64,000 nt of DNA from the human T2T-CHM13v2.0 reference genome, Homo sapiens (GCF_009914755.1 NC_060930.1); one strand, 5' to 3'. Positions 1 through 16,994 are shown, counted from the first letter of the stretch. Notes: a model not told the origin generated them from the sequence alone. Numbers and translations: made by a program.

Positions 1-149
1 AGGGCTCTTCACCACCTTTCAGCAATTGCCCTTCACAATGGAAGGCATGCCCCCTACCACCGCCATCTTCAACTGCCACAGCCCTCCTGAAGTGAATTAG
101 TGTAAAGAGGGAGGAAAAATTCAGGCCTATATTTATTTTCTTTTTTTTA

Positions 150-261
150 AATTCAATAAATAATTATTGAATGTCTATATGTACTAGATATGTGCCAAGT
201 ACTTGGGGGCACATCACAAAACAAAACAAAGATCCCTGCCCTCATGGAGTTTGCAGTCTAG
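150..261 (-). mobile_element. L2 3'-end fragment
   Basis: Resembles the L2 terminus: ttcaataaataattattga...tgtgccaag...aaaacaaagatccctgccctcatggag...tctag. Confidence 0.6.
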
Positions 262-1370
262 CATTTATTACCAATTTATCTGCAGCCTGTCTGTGATCCT
301 GTGCAAGTCACCACACCTCTCTGTGCTTCTGACCTCAGCTGCCCAATGGGGAAATAAGCAGGACTGGCTCAGATATGGGTATGCCTGGTGTTCTGTAGAT
401 GCCAACAGGACACCCAACCTCAACCCACCACCCAGGAAGTAGGTAGGCTGGAAGTAAATTGGAAAAGGGCAGAGGGATTTGAACCAGGTCATCCGGAGTG
501 CTGTGGCAGTGGTGGGCAGGGCCCAGGCTGGCTACATGCACTGTTGCTGCTATTGTGTCTCAGTGGTTGCCTTGCTCGCTAGGTCCTTGGCCTTCTCCGC
601 AGCTGTCAGTGCTGTCTTCTTTGCCTTCCCCTTGTCTTCCTTGGCTGTCCCAGCAGGTGTTTTGGAAGGTGCATCATCTGGCAGCTTGGCCAAGATATAT
701 TGAAAACTCTTCACAGTTACAATCATGTTGTTTTTGAAAAGAGCATGACCAAGTTCCTGGACAGTTCTGGAGATACTAGATAAGCTAGAGAACACCCAGG
801 CTTCCCTGAGGATTTCGGACTAGTGCAGTTCTCAGAGTTCACACAGTAAATACATCGTCCCTCCACCACCATCAGCTGGGCATGGTTGATGCTACAGGTG
901 AAGGTGGTCACTTCTGATTGTGTGGGTGCCCAGTAGAGTCCTCCAGGATGGACACTGGGTGAGCATCATTGGCAAGAAATAGCCACTCAGCCCAGCAGGA
1001 CATCCCACTGGTCTTGGTCAGGAGTCACTGGGACAGGAGCTTCTGGGCAGGGGTCACCTCCTCATATTCTGTGTTTTTGGTCAGAGCATGTTTGCTATAG
1101 GGATTTGAGTACCAATGTCACAAGGCAGTGAACATTTGGTTTCAGAAATTCTGGAGCCTGTTCTGGCCTAGGAATACTTCATCATCATTCCAGCCAGGGT
1201 AAATGAGCACCCTTGCAGCTTCAGGGCACGGAGCCCCGTGGGCAGGTGTGTGTGTGCAGGGGATTGAAGGGGAGCTGGGTTGTGGGCTGAGGGCTGGCAG
1301 GGGCACTTGCTCATGGAGCTCAGGCTGTGACCAACCTGCCACCACTGCCTGGAGCAGTTGTCAGGACTAG
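262..1370 (-). pseudogene. Processed PRELID1 pseudogene (probably the 6p22 copy, PRELID1P2), antisense within an SCGN intron; CDS remnant 1185..532
   Basis: Minus-strand translation matches PRELID1 end to end without introns: M-K-Y-..LGQ, NPYSKH, EVTP.QKLLS, TTFT..INHA.LMVVE.RC, YILAKL..APSKT..TAKE.K.KAK.TAL.A.EKAKDLASKA. Several premature stops and frameshifts. GC-rich 5' UTR remnant 1186-1370; AATAAA on - strand at 269..264. Confidence 0.92.
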
Positions 1371-3206
1371 GCTTATATCTCTTGGTTTATAGTCAAGGGT
1401 AGGGAAAATAGATAGAAATGAACTATATAAGCATGAATCCAGTGAAGTGAAAACTGGCAGTCTTAGAGTTGACTCAACTATCATGAAGTTTATATTTCTT
1501 TAGGGGAAATTCAGGCCACTGAATTGGAGGGAAATCCACGTAGAGTCTTTTCTTGCTTTCCCAGGGAAAAAGAGGCAATTAGAAAAGGTAAATATCACAT
1601 CTCTGGCATAGTCTATGGCACCAGATGTTTTACTTCATAACCAAACATGAAGCAAACCATCATGATGAGATATCCAGACTTTATAGAGCTAAGAGCCTGG
1701 TTTTATGGAAAGAGCTCTGGTGACAGATATACTTAGATTAAAATCTTGCTTCTTAAACAACCTACTTCAATCTTTCTAAATATCAGTTTCCTTATTTATT
1801 ACACGCAGATTTTTTTTACATTATAAGGATGTTGTGATAATTAAATGTAATAACATACAAACTATTGAGCCCTCATAAATGGTCTTTATTATAGTTTAAA
1901 AATTAAGAAGCCATTATGTCTCAAACAAATATGCCAAGCATTCAAAATTCACTAAAGGTTATACTTGCAAAGAAGCATAATGTCTTAATGTCACACAAGA
2001 TCTGATTTCTAGTCTGGTGCTACAGGCATGCTGCAAGCTTCCCTCATTATTAATATTTGAACTTAGAGCTACAGAGGCCCCAGGAAAGTAGAAGAGCAGA
2101 CACAGCCGAATATGTGTGCCATTCATCCCTGCTGGTATACACTCAGAGATGGAAAAATTAGGCAAATGATTTTTTTCCTGATTCTTATTCTTACGTGAGC
2201 CATAGCCAATTTTCTGATAGGTAGAAGCATAATTTACCACACTGGTGTTTAGTTCAACCCAGGCCAATTTCGAGCACAGGATTGTTTTCTCTTGGAGTAA
2301 GTTTGCACAGCAATGGAGTTAGGCCCACGTCTTTCAAGGTGAGTTGTTACTTGCTTAGAGCTCAAGCTGACCTAGCTTTCTATTAAGATAGAACCTCTCA
2401 TAATGAAGGTGTCACAGAAAATAACTCATGGCTCATCTTCTGGCAAAGTTTATCCCCATCAGACTTTTTACTGGATACTGTATAGTGTTTATGTTTAAGG
2501 GACGTAATTGGACATGTAACATGTCCAAATGTATAAAAATGTAACCTGTGTTTTAATTCTGTAATACACATTTTTGGTGCCAAAGTGGTGAGAATAGGTT
2601 TTCAAATTCATTTGAAATATTAAAAATAAACTGGATTTGGAGACAGAGGAAGGATGGGGGACTAATGTATTTTTTAAAGCAAAAATCTGTTGGATGTATT
2701 TTCAGATTATCTCGCTCCCTCTTTTTCCCTGTGCAGCCTCCTTATATGGATATGCTTAGAGATATTCTGTAGCATTAAAATGTTGTAAAGTCACAAAATT
2801 CACTCACATTTCAACTCAGATCTGCAAAGAAATCTCTCTCTTCTATTTTGCCCAAACCAATCTGGTCTTTCTAATTTGTGGTTAGTGCAGAAACTTTTAA
2901 CTTTTAGTCCTATCTTGTTTAAAGTTTAGTCTCATCTAATAATGTAAACAACTTCTTTGGACAATGCTAAGTCTCTCTATGAAAGGAAAGACTCAGTGTC
3001 AACACCTTTTGCCTTCACGGAAACATGAGGTTTCTCCTATACCCTATGAGAGTACCCTATGATATGAGCCCTCCAAGCCCTCCTTGGTGGTTGATATGCT
3101 AAATGAGGGCTAGAATAAAATAGTTTCAGAAAACCTTGACTCAAACCAAGTACCCATATTTCAAGCTTGTAATCTTTATAAAAATCCTGTTTTGCCTGTC
3201 AGAGAC

Positions 3207-3530
3207 TGTGGTAGTCGTTGCTGCTATCCTCCAAATAATTAGTTTTCCTCTTAAGCACATGGCAGGATTGTATTATTCTATCCCTTTGAAGGTAGCTGTG
3301 GCCAGGGATCTGCTTTGGACAATAAAATTTTAATCAGTAAATTATTTATTATTCTTTCTTTCTGCCATGGCAATCAGGAATGTGCCAGATGGTCACTACT
3401 TTGTCACTCCATGTCGCCAGAGTATAGACAACATGAAGTAGAGCTGCCAGCTAACCCTGTGAAAAATAAACCTGTGTTGTGTTAAGCCACTGAGATTTAG
3501 GAGATTTGGTTACTACGACTCATCCTAACA
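3207..3530 (+). mobile_element. Old MaLR LTR (MLT1-type)
   Basis: tgtggtag start; aataaacctgtgttgtgttaagccactgagatttagg 3' signature. Confidence 0.55.
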
Positions 3531-3705
3531 GAGAGGCTGACATGCAATTCCTTCTGTGACAAATACTAATTTTCCCCCAGGCAAGTGGGCTCCTCAGCCA
3601 ATTTAGGCAAATATGTAATCAGAAGAGCAAAATAGAAAAGTGCTTTAATAACGTTCAGAATTAGTTCCTGTTACAAGTACAACCATTTTCCCTTCTGCAT
3701 TTCAG

Positions 3706-3761
3706 ATGAAGATTTTTGACAGAAATAAAGATGGTCGGTTGGATCTAAATGACTTAGCAAG
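3706..3761 (+). CDS. SCGN: Secretagogin coding exon (probably exon 7), MKIFDRNKDGRLDLNDLA(R), EF-hand 4 loop
   Basis: ttcag|ATG...GCAAG|gtgagt; 56 nt; EF-hand loop DRNKDGRLDLND; matches secretagogin. Confidence 0.97.
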
Positions 3762-6066
3762 GTGAGTTACATGGAAATGATATCATACCTTCAGAAATAC
3801 CTTACTAGGGGTCTGATGACATCATATATTTCCTTTTGAGACTGGAGATCAAGCCTCACCTGGAGTCTAAAAGAATAGGCACATCTTACCAATAAGCTGA
3901 GTGATTCTAAATCTTTTAGGGTAACAGATCCCTTTGTGAAGATAATGAAAATTCTTCTCTCCAAAACGCACAACACACAACATTTTCACAAATGTTATGG
4001 ATGGGTCATGGGAAGACCCTACCCTTAAAGGCAAGACATTTATAGTCCCACATTGTGACTTCATGACAAAAATGTCCCAAATCCCATTTACTGGCTCTGG
4101 GAACGTCGAGCAGTTATTTCAGGACACAGGACTACTCAGCCAGACTCCAGGTGCACTCTGTGTTCTTGAAGTGTTGGTGTATCCTCAGGGAGGCACCAAG
4201 TGTCTGAAGGCTAGAAGTGGAGGAGGACAGGATAAAAGCAGAAGTGGCTCAGTGTCCATGAAAATGTTGTCTGTGAGTCTGGTGTTGTGACACGTGATTG
4301 GTGTGTCAGCATGTTTTGTCAAGTCTGGCTGATCCCAAACAGCATGGAGTTGTCTACAAAAAAGAGAAAGACATTCTGAGCAAATAGTCAGAGTTGAAAT
4401 TATTGGATCTGGAATACACAGATATACCTGTTATTGGGGAGCATCCATAATACCAGGTGCTTCAGGGCAGGGCTCAATGGTAATTGTAAGCAGGGCAGCA
4501 GTTACAGGCTGCAGCGCAGCAGCAGGTATAGCTGAGAGAGAGGAATTCCAAGGACTGGAGGCAAGTTTTTAATGATGAGGAGGTAACTCGACAAAGTCAC
4601 AAGAAGATGTTGGTTTCGTCTCTTAGTGGACATTAACCTGAGTTCAGAATCACCAAATCCCACACCAGCTATCTCCTTTCTTGGCAGCTACCTCAGCCAG
4701 GTTTTGATATCTGTGAAAGGGGACTCACTGGGAAGAATATCTCCTCAGTAACAGCCAGAATATTGACCCCAGTACACTAAATGGCCTTCTATCTGTGCCT
4801 CATAGGACTTGTGAGGCAGCCTGTGTGTCCTCCTTGGCTACTTTTTTTAGGACCTTCGTTCTAACTTTGTCCACATTGATATAGAAGAGCCACTGAGGGA
4901 CCAGCCAAAGAGGGACAAAAGTGTTTCTCCATCAGGCCTGCGGCAGAAGGCATCTCGCCTCTGCTCCCTGGATCCCACCTGGTTCTCTTGGTCAATGGAG
5001 GCAGGGTTCCTCTCAAGTAGAGGTCAGAGAGCTATGTGAAAGAGCCAATCCCAAAGCCACCAAAGGATTCATTCAATAGATGACAATCTAGATGAAAACA
5101 AAAGCTTGCAATCTCATGGTTCCCTTCACCAAAAGCATCTATCCACCTGTGCCCTGACTCAGTTGTGCACGTCTCAGAGGTAGTGAGAGTTGAGGAGCCC
5201 TGTGTGCCCTGGGAGGCTGGGGTAATAAAGGGCTCAGAGCAGCTGCTCTCTGCCCTCTTAGTCCATACACAATATGACCTACCTATGTATACAATGCTAA
5301 AATAACTAACATCATGCACAGACTGTAACATATAAAGGAGAAATAAAAGGAAAGCAGTTAATGATAAAATAATGCACATTTCAGTGTATAAGTGCTTGCA
5401 TACAATCATAGTGAAGATATAGTGAAGTGGTCAGATGCTTTCACCTGGGTAGAATTATCATAAATGGGGCAGCTCAGATGCCGACTGATACAATTGTGAC
5501 ATTTTGGTAACTCAGGTGCTGTTGATATGATTTTATGAAATAATAAGTCTTGACAGAGTTCCAAATGAGACAAAGTATGTTAATCTCTTAACACAATTCA
5601 TATACCATGTGGAAAATTTATGTAAGTAGTAAATTATGCAAACCTTGAGTTTTATGCAAATAAGAATTCAGTTCCAAGCACAAATAATTAAAAGCAGGGT
5701 TTTTACAGTCACGATTGCCCCCTGGACATTTGAAATTCAAGTGAGACATGGGGCAATTCTTCATTCTGCAGAAATTTCCATGCAATGCCAGAAACCTAAT
5801 ATCCCTGGCCCTATGTACAAAATGCTAGTTGTGCCCCCTTTATCACTGTGATAACTAATAGGGCCTTCTGCATGAGTCTAAACACTCTGTAGAGGCGGGT
5901 TTGCTATGGTCCTGCTGGTAGGGCAGGGACTACGCTCTAATCCCTTGAATAACTTCTCACTTGGTGGAGTGTTGTGTACTTGGGGGGATTCAATGAGTAG
6001 TTGTGAATTGATGGAGTTACAGTAGCACTGAACAGAGATGAAAGGCAGCAAAATCAGTTAGTATAG

Positions 6067-6200
6067 TACAGTCTTCCCTAAGTATCCTCTGGGGATTGGT
6101 TCCAGAACCTCCGCGGATACCAGATACCCAAATCCTCGGATGTTCAAGTCCCACAATTGGCCCTGAAGAACCCACAGATATGGGGTGCCAAGTGTATTTC
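6067..6200. mobile_element. MER2-like (Tigger-derived) DNA transposon fragment
   Basis: tacagtc...ggggattggttccagaacc...ggatacc...aaatcc.cggatg.tcaagtccc. Confidence 0.65.
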
Positions 6201-6236
6201 AAAACCAGTTTGATACGGAATTTGAAAATGTGAACT

Positions 6237-7043
6237 GTGGTAAGCAGAATAAAGATGTCCACGTCTTAGGCTGGGTGCAGTGGCTCACACTTGTAATCCC
6301 AGCACTGTGGGAGGCCGAGGCAGGTGCATCACTTGAGGTCAGAGTTTGAGGCCAGCCTGGCCAGCATAGTGAAACCCTGTGTCTACTAAAAATACAAAAA
6401 ATAAAATAAAATAAAATTAGCTGGGTGTGGTGGTGCATGCCTGTAGTTCCAGCTCTTCAAGAGGCTCAGGCAGGAGAATCACTTGAACTCAGGAGGCAGA
6501 GTTTGCAGTGAGCCAAGATTGCGTCACAGTACTCTAGTTAGGTGACTGAGCAAGATTCTATCTCAAAAAAAGAAAGGAAAAAAAAGATATCCACATCCTA
6601 ATATCCAGAACTGGTGACTATTTTATGTTACATGGCAAGAATGAATTAAAGTTGCAGATCTAATTAAGTTTGCTAATCAATAGACTTTAAAATAGAGATT
6701 ATTCTGGATTATCCACATTGGGCCCAATATAATAACAAAGATCCTTTAAATATGGAAGAGGGAGGCAGAAGGTCAGAGTCATGGAGAGATTTGAAAATGC
6801 TAGTTGCTGGCTTTAAAGTGGAAGAAGAGGCTAAAGAATGTAGGCAGCCTCTAGAACCTGAAAAAGGCAAGGGAAAGGATTCTCCCCGAGAACCTCCAGA
6901 AGGAATGAGGCCGTGTCGACAGCTTGAATTTTGCCCAGTGAGATCGATTTCAGACTTCAGCTTCTAGTGCTGTAAATGATTATGGTTATTTGAAGCCACT
7001 ATGTTTGTGGCAGTGTGTCCCAGCAGCACTAGGAAACTAATAC
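6237..7043 (+). mobile_element. MLT1D/E-like MaLR LTR interrupted by an Alu (6269-6584)
   Basis: tgtggtaagcagaataa...ggaaactaataca ends. The Alu is flanked by a near-identical TSD aaagatgtccacgtctta / aaagatatccacatccta. Confidence 0.75.
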
Positions 7044-7474
7044 AACAACAAAGAGGCCTTAAAACATTTCCAGATAGGATTTTTCTCTCTCTACTTTCAG
7101 CTGTGAAATGCAGTTCAATTCCTCTACATAAAAGCACCTCCCAAGTAATATGTGCTGTGACTGGCAACATGATTTAGGCTGCCTGGTGCCTGCAAATACT
7201 AAGAACAATATTCCTGGCAGACCTCCAGGATATTCTGTCTTCTAATTGGCTCAAATTAATTCCCTCTACTCTGAGCATTTGGAGGAGCAAAGATTTTCCA
7301 CATAGTTGTATTACATTTTTTCTACTTTTTCTATATATCCTCATGACTATGAATACAACATAAATCTAATGTTGAATTTACTGAAACTGACTGTATTCTA
7401 TTAAAGTATAATTATAATTATAATTATACAGAAAAGAGGCAGACATATTTGCTTTCTAAAACAAAAACAAGATT

Positions 7475-10725
<3,251 letters not shown>

Positions 10726-10936
10726 GATGAACTTTTAAAAGTCTATGGTGACTACTAATCTCTACGAGTTTTTCCCAATTAATTTCTTTGTTTCTGTGAT
10801 GTAGGAAGTTCTGTCTTTCAAGTACCTATTCTGTTCTGCAGGAAATTGCCTGTACTTTCCACACACCAGGGCTATAAGTTTTCGTATAACTGAGAGCTGA
10901 ACGATCCTTACGTGGATTTTTTTTTTTTCTATTTAG

Positions 10937-10982
10937 GATTCTGGCTCTTCAGGAAAACTTCCTTCTCCAATTTAAAATGGAT
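10937..10982 (+). CDS. SCGN: Secretagogin coding exon (probably exon 8), (R)ILALQENFLLQFKMD
   Basis: Polypyrimidine tract, tttag|G ATT...ATG GAT|gtaagt; 46 nt; completes the split Arg codon of the previous exon. Confidence 0.97.
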
Positions 10983-11237
10983 GTAAGTAGTGACATTTCT
11001 CTAGATGGGTTTATGTCATTGCTCTTTCTCTACGGATTTGAGCAGGAAAGAAGAAAGGAAGGCATCTATTTGCCCTACTTTTTAACTTATTTAGAAAACA
11101 GACAAGGATCAGCATGGAATCAAGGGATCTTAAAGGTCATTGACTCAAAGTTTACAAAATTTGCCCAGGACTCTGGAAGAATTGTACAGCTGAATTGTCA
11201 CATTGCTGGACTGACATAATGTTTTTTCCTTACACAG

Positions 11238-11297
11238 GCTTGTTCTACTGAAGAAAGGAAAAGGGACTTTGAGAAAATCTTTGCCTACTATGATGTT
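11238..11297 (+). CDS. SCGN: Secretagogin coding exon (probably exon 9), ACSTEERKRDFEKIFAYYDV
   Basis: cacag|GCT...GTT|gtaagt; 60 nt; phase 0/0. Confidence 0.97.
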
Positions 11298-11904
11298 GTA
11301 AGTGTGCGTCTTTATACTGTGCTGGCCATCTCTGAGTAGGAAACTTATTTAACCCCTATGTGGAGCCATCTTACCCAACAGACCCTAAACTTACATGATG
11401 AATACCAATCCCATCTGTGTGTTCTAGGTCAAGGTACTCTCAACTCCTCTAGACCTTCTGAGAATAAAGTAAAAGTAGCCAAAGGAGTACACATGGTTGA
11501 GAAGAGAAAAAAATGACTTTTTTTTTTGACTCCTTGGGCCTAAACTATAAGTTTTCTCCCTCTTGTAGGACTAAGAGTTCATTTATAATATCATACACAA
11601 AAACATACAACCCTCCCACCCAATATTCAACCCAAAGAAATAGAGGAAAAGTCATACCTATTTATCATAAAAACTATTTTTTCTTGTAGAACCAATTATT
11701 TGATGAAAAGGGGAGAATATAAAAATTATAAGTACAAAGTATGGCAAAGAGATTGAATTTCCTAAGGACATGATAGTATGATGTAAGAAGGAAGAAAAGT
11801 AGAAAAGCAGAAAAAATGTTGGGAAAGGTTATAAGGATGTTTCCCTGAAACTAATCAGACTAGATAATTATGTGTCATGTTCTGAGCAGAAAACAGTATC
11901 ACCT

Positions 11905-12160
11905 GGGAGAGGCAGTCTAGCATAGAGGTGGTTAAACACGTGGCTTCTGTGACCAATTACCTAGGTTTGAATCATGGCTTATTACCTATGTGGCCTTGGG
12001 CAGGTTCCTTAGCCTCCCTGTGCTTTGTTTTTCTTATTTGTAAAATTAGGGTGATAAGGATAATAATATCTACCTTCTGGGGATGTTATGAGAATTAAAT
12101 GAATTCAGGTTTATAAAGCTTTTATGAGAGTGCCTGACAAGTACTATATAAGTGTTTGGT
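11905..12160. mobile_element. MIR
   Basis: MIR core: tgtggccttgggcaggttccttagcctccctgtgc...tgtaaaat...gttatgagaattaaatga. Confidence 0.75.
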
Positions 12161-12820
12161 AAATACACTAAGGGAATGGAATTTTTAAAATGATATGTTA
12201 AAGGCTCAGGATTAAGAAATCACAAAGAGAGTAGATGAATTATTATAGTGGAACTTTAGAGAAGAAACAAATATTTTAATATGTATTGTATTTTATAGAT
12301 GTTCATATTTGCATGTGTTATAAAATGGTTAGAAAAAAATAAAGGGTCTCATGTACAGACCAAATGATAATTCTAACATGTTCATTCAATGTAGTCTCCC
12401 TGGATTTAAAATAAATATTTTAATAATCAACATATCATTGCCAAATTATAGGGCAAAATAAAAAATTTCAATCTATACCTCAAAGGATTAATATTAGGTA
12501 CAATTAACACTTATCTGAACTGAAGCCTGGGACCTGGGAAGCAAATGAAGGCAATATATGTCATACGACTGCAATCTGCAAAAGCCGAGGAACTCAAAAG
12601 TATGACTTCTCATTTGGTTACATGGAGCTGTTTTCAATGAGTTATTTTAATTCATGTGGAACATTCATGTCCTGCATGGAGAACATAAATTGGAACATGC
12701 CACTTCTAAATCTATTTGCGGCCACACAAGAATACTGATACGGTTTATTTACCTAAGTTATTGCCTTGCTTTTTGGCTTAAGAAACTGATATTTGGGCAA
12801 TTGGATCTTTTCTTTTTCAG

Positions 12821-12889
12821 AGTAAAACAGGAGCCCTGGAAGGCCCAGAAGTGGATGGGTTTGTCAAAGACATGATGGAGCTTGTCCAG
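12821..12889 (+). CDS. SCGN: Secretagogin coding exon (probably exon 10), [23 protein letters not shown]
   Basis: tttcag|AGT...CAG|gtgagt; 69 nt; phase 0/0; second half of the EF-hand 5 loop. Confidence 0.97.
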
Positions 12890-14934
12890 GTGAGTGCATG
12901 TTCTTCTTATTATGAAGTGGGGTTGTTGTTTTGATTTATTCCATTGTTTATTTGTGGGAATCAGTGAGACTGAAGGTTAATGTCAAAGATAAAATCTAGG
13001 GATGTAGTTTATTTAATAACCTTTGAATTGCTATGAAACCCAACAAACCTCCCTCGCTTTCTTAAGATTGTAGTTTAAATTACATGAAGCTATCATACAA
13101 GTATGTTTTTACCATCATTTAAAGGCCATCTATTTTACCAAAGGAGCACAGTGCCACTGAATATCTTTCTGTTCTATTTTTTGGTTACAGAAAGTCCCTC
13201 TTCCCCTCAGACTTGGTTATTAGAATAACTAAAACATTTAATTGAATTTCACGTAATAAAACTTATCTTCAGAATTCTATTTTTTTTTTAACTAAGAGGC
13301 TTCTCTAATACCTAGCCTAAGATGGTTATTTATCGGTTAAGACATTGCTGAGGTTGGGGCGGATGAAATTTAGATTATATTTACATCACACAGCTGTTTT
13401 ATGTAGGATAGACAAGGTTTAAAAAACCTTCTTCGAGGTCCTGTTGAACTGTATTGACCAGCTACATGATCCAGTTAAGCAGATCATTTCCTATTCTTCC
13501 TTTTCCATGGGATTGTGTCGACAATGAATTTAGTAGTCTTGTATCCCTAGGGATTTTTTGAGGTTTGTTCAGAACACAATGATTGTGTTCTGGTTGGGCC
13601 AGATGGCAAAAAATTAGAGTAGCAATTATGAACTGTGTGTGGAGTTCCAGACTTCTTTGAAAATCAGATTAACACTATGGAACCTTGCAGCTGAAAAATG
13701 TGCAAATATCAATTTTTGCATGAATCTCCAGGAAGTTTGTGTACTGCAATAGAGCAGGCATGGATAAAACCCTTTCTGACATCTAATCAGCCTGATGAGA
13801 CATCGTCCGTGATTCCTTTCTTTTGTTATTCTCATCCCAGTGGGTCCCTTGTCTCCTCTTTTCCTCATTCACTTGTTGCTCCTGTTGGAGATTTCACGGG
13901 CATTTGCACAGCCAGAATAACTGATGAGTATTGGTGTGGTATTGCTTTTTCTATTGATTGCTAGAGGAAAATCCCATTTCACTCATTATCTATTTAATGT
14001 CAGAATGGCTTCTGTAATAGAAACTGAGCAATTATCTATGGGATATTAAAGTTGCATGGCAGCATTTGCTAAATTAGAGTTTTAATTTGCTTTTGAGAGA
14101 ATGAATGGGACAGTCAGTCTGTTTTTGAGAGCTGCCTGGCCTCTTATGCATTGGAGCCAGGGGCAGTGACTGCCTGAGTGTAGAGCCTGGGGGCTTTGGA
14201 ACCTTACAGCACTCTACCCCACCACCCCCCAGAGAGGTTTTGGCCTTCTTCTCTTCCATGTCCCACACATACAGCCCAGCTGTGAGTGTGGATGCAGAGT
14301 CACAGTGAGCAGTCAGTCATTAACCAAATCAACCTCCCTTCTTCTTTGCTCCCCCTTTTCTTTACTCTCAAACTTGTGGGAAACAATTTTTTCTCAGGTC
14401 AGAGGTGTCATTTGTTGCTGACAACAGTCTTGTGGCATCCCACGTCTTCGCCAGGCTGTGGGAGGCAGCTGGGCTGGGCTGAGGGATTAAGCTCTGCTTG
14501 AATCAGAATACATCCGATTTACAGAATTTGAAGGGGTGGTTTCCAGAGGGGCTGCCTTGGTTGGGGGTGGCTGCTGCTCCTCCTCTTTGGTAACCTCATT
14601 TTGATTCTCTTCCCTTCTTTCTCTTTTCCCTCACTATGAAAAGAACTGATTGGAATTTTTTTTTGTAGATGAGGCCGTGTAAAATGGGAGACAGTGCTTT
14701 GGCCTGTGACAGATCTGAGCTTTAATTCCAGATCAGCCATTTATGAACTGTATGTGTGTGGGCAAGTTACTCAATCTCTCTGATACTTGTCTTCTCATCC
14801 ATTATATGGGCACAACAATATTTACTTCCCAGGGTTTTGTGCTGACTAGAAATAACATAAACATTGATCATAGTCCCTGGGATATCAAATGATTTCCAAA
14901 AATAATAGTCTTTATTATTTTATTAGAACAAAGC

Positions 14935-15327
<393 letters not shown>

Positions 15328-16994
15328 TCAATGCATGGCTATGCCATTCTATTGGATAATCCTGTCTAAAACAATAATGTAAAAAAAGCCAGTGCAAAAG
15401 AAAACATCTAAAAGATAGGTATGATTATGTCAGATGGCAATTAACATATTTTAGAATGCATAGCTTGAAAATTTTTGCTTCCTTTCTGATTATAAAATTC
15501 TCTCTGCATACTATAGAAAAATGTTGAAAATAAAGGCAAGTAAAAGTTAAGAAGCTGATGAGAATTCGAGCTAAGAATTCGGATTCTAGGCTGACCCCCT
15601 GGGGTTCCAGGTCTGATTTTACCACTCCCTGCCAATGAGACCTTGGGCAAGTCATTTTGCATCTCCAAACCTCAGTTTCCTCATCTGGAAGATGGAAATT
15701 GTCATAGATCCTACTTCCATAAAGTTGTCATGAAGATTACAGGAGGAAAATCTGTATAAGGCAATTAATATTGTGCTACTTCACTAATTAATACCATGGT
15801 AATAAATTATTACTAAAAACTCAAAAAATACTAGCTATATCACATATTGATCTGGAAAGTGATATAGCTCTCATAACTTTAGTGACTATGATCATTGCTA
15901 TTTCCATATGATTTTTGTAAGAGAAAGCCCAGATATCTATAACCAGTAATTTTGCTGGATCCCTTCTTAAAAAGTCATGATTTTTGAATCTGGATAATCT
16001 TAATAATCTTCAATAACTCTGCCTTTCAATTGTCATTGAGTTTGGCAATGGTTTCCAAAGGCCAGTAGGAGAGATAGAAGTAAAATCCAAACCAACAACA
16101 TAGCAGACAAGACATTTTTTCCAGAGAAAATGAAAGAGATGGGAAAAATACTAGACCATGCAAAAAATTAGTTGGAAGCAGAGATCAGCCTCGTTCTTCA
16201 ATGGATTTATATCACTTCTATGGGAAGGTGAAGATCCTCGCCCCTTTTAGCCTCTCTGTTTCTGTGGAGCTGCTGGGGCAGCACAAAGGCACCTCTCAGT
16301 GTAAGCACCAGCCAATTTGAGACAGAGCTAGTTCCTGGAGACCAAGTCAGACTGTGGTCAGTAATTCAAAAGGAATTTATTGGGATTCTCCAGATGATTT
16401 GTTGAGCTAAAACATATGTACACAGTAGTTCATTATTAATGTTCTCCTCCGAAAATTGAAGGTGCATACGTTTACTGTGCCTTTCCTAGTCTTTAATGGA
16501 TCTTCCTTAGTCTTCTAGGTTTCTTTAAAAATACTCGCCATATAATTTGTATGCTGTAGTCAAAGGATGGCCAGTAGTTGAATTTCATATTTCTTGGCTT
16601 TATAAACAGAGTCTTTCCTGTGACTTTTCTCTTTATTTTCATTTTATAAAAAAGGGCCATGGGAGAAGTAAACAAATCAGTATTTGGAATTTATTTTAAA
16701 AGAAACTGTCAGAGAGCATATACCATGGGATCAGCAGGAAGCTGGCCCAGTTACAAAGTCTGGGTCAGGGTTTTTGGTGTTTGCAGTAATAACTCTGAAG
16801 TAAGCTTATCTTATAGTTTTTTAATTCTTGGACAATCATATGATGTATATGTTGACTTTACATGGACAAGATTATTTGGTTATCAAAACACCCCATTCCC
16901 CAAGCTCTGAAAAATGACACCCAAGTCTTTCCTCTGTCAATCTGATAAGATTACAGGTCTTTGAGGAATAAACATGATTTCTTTTTTTCCAACA

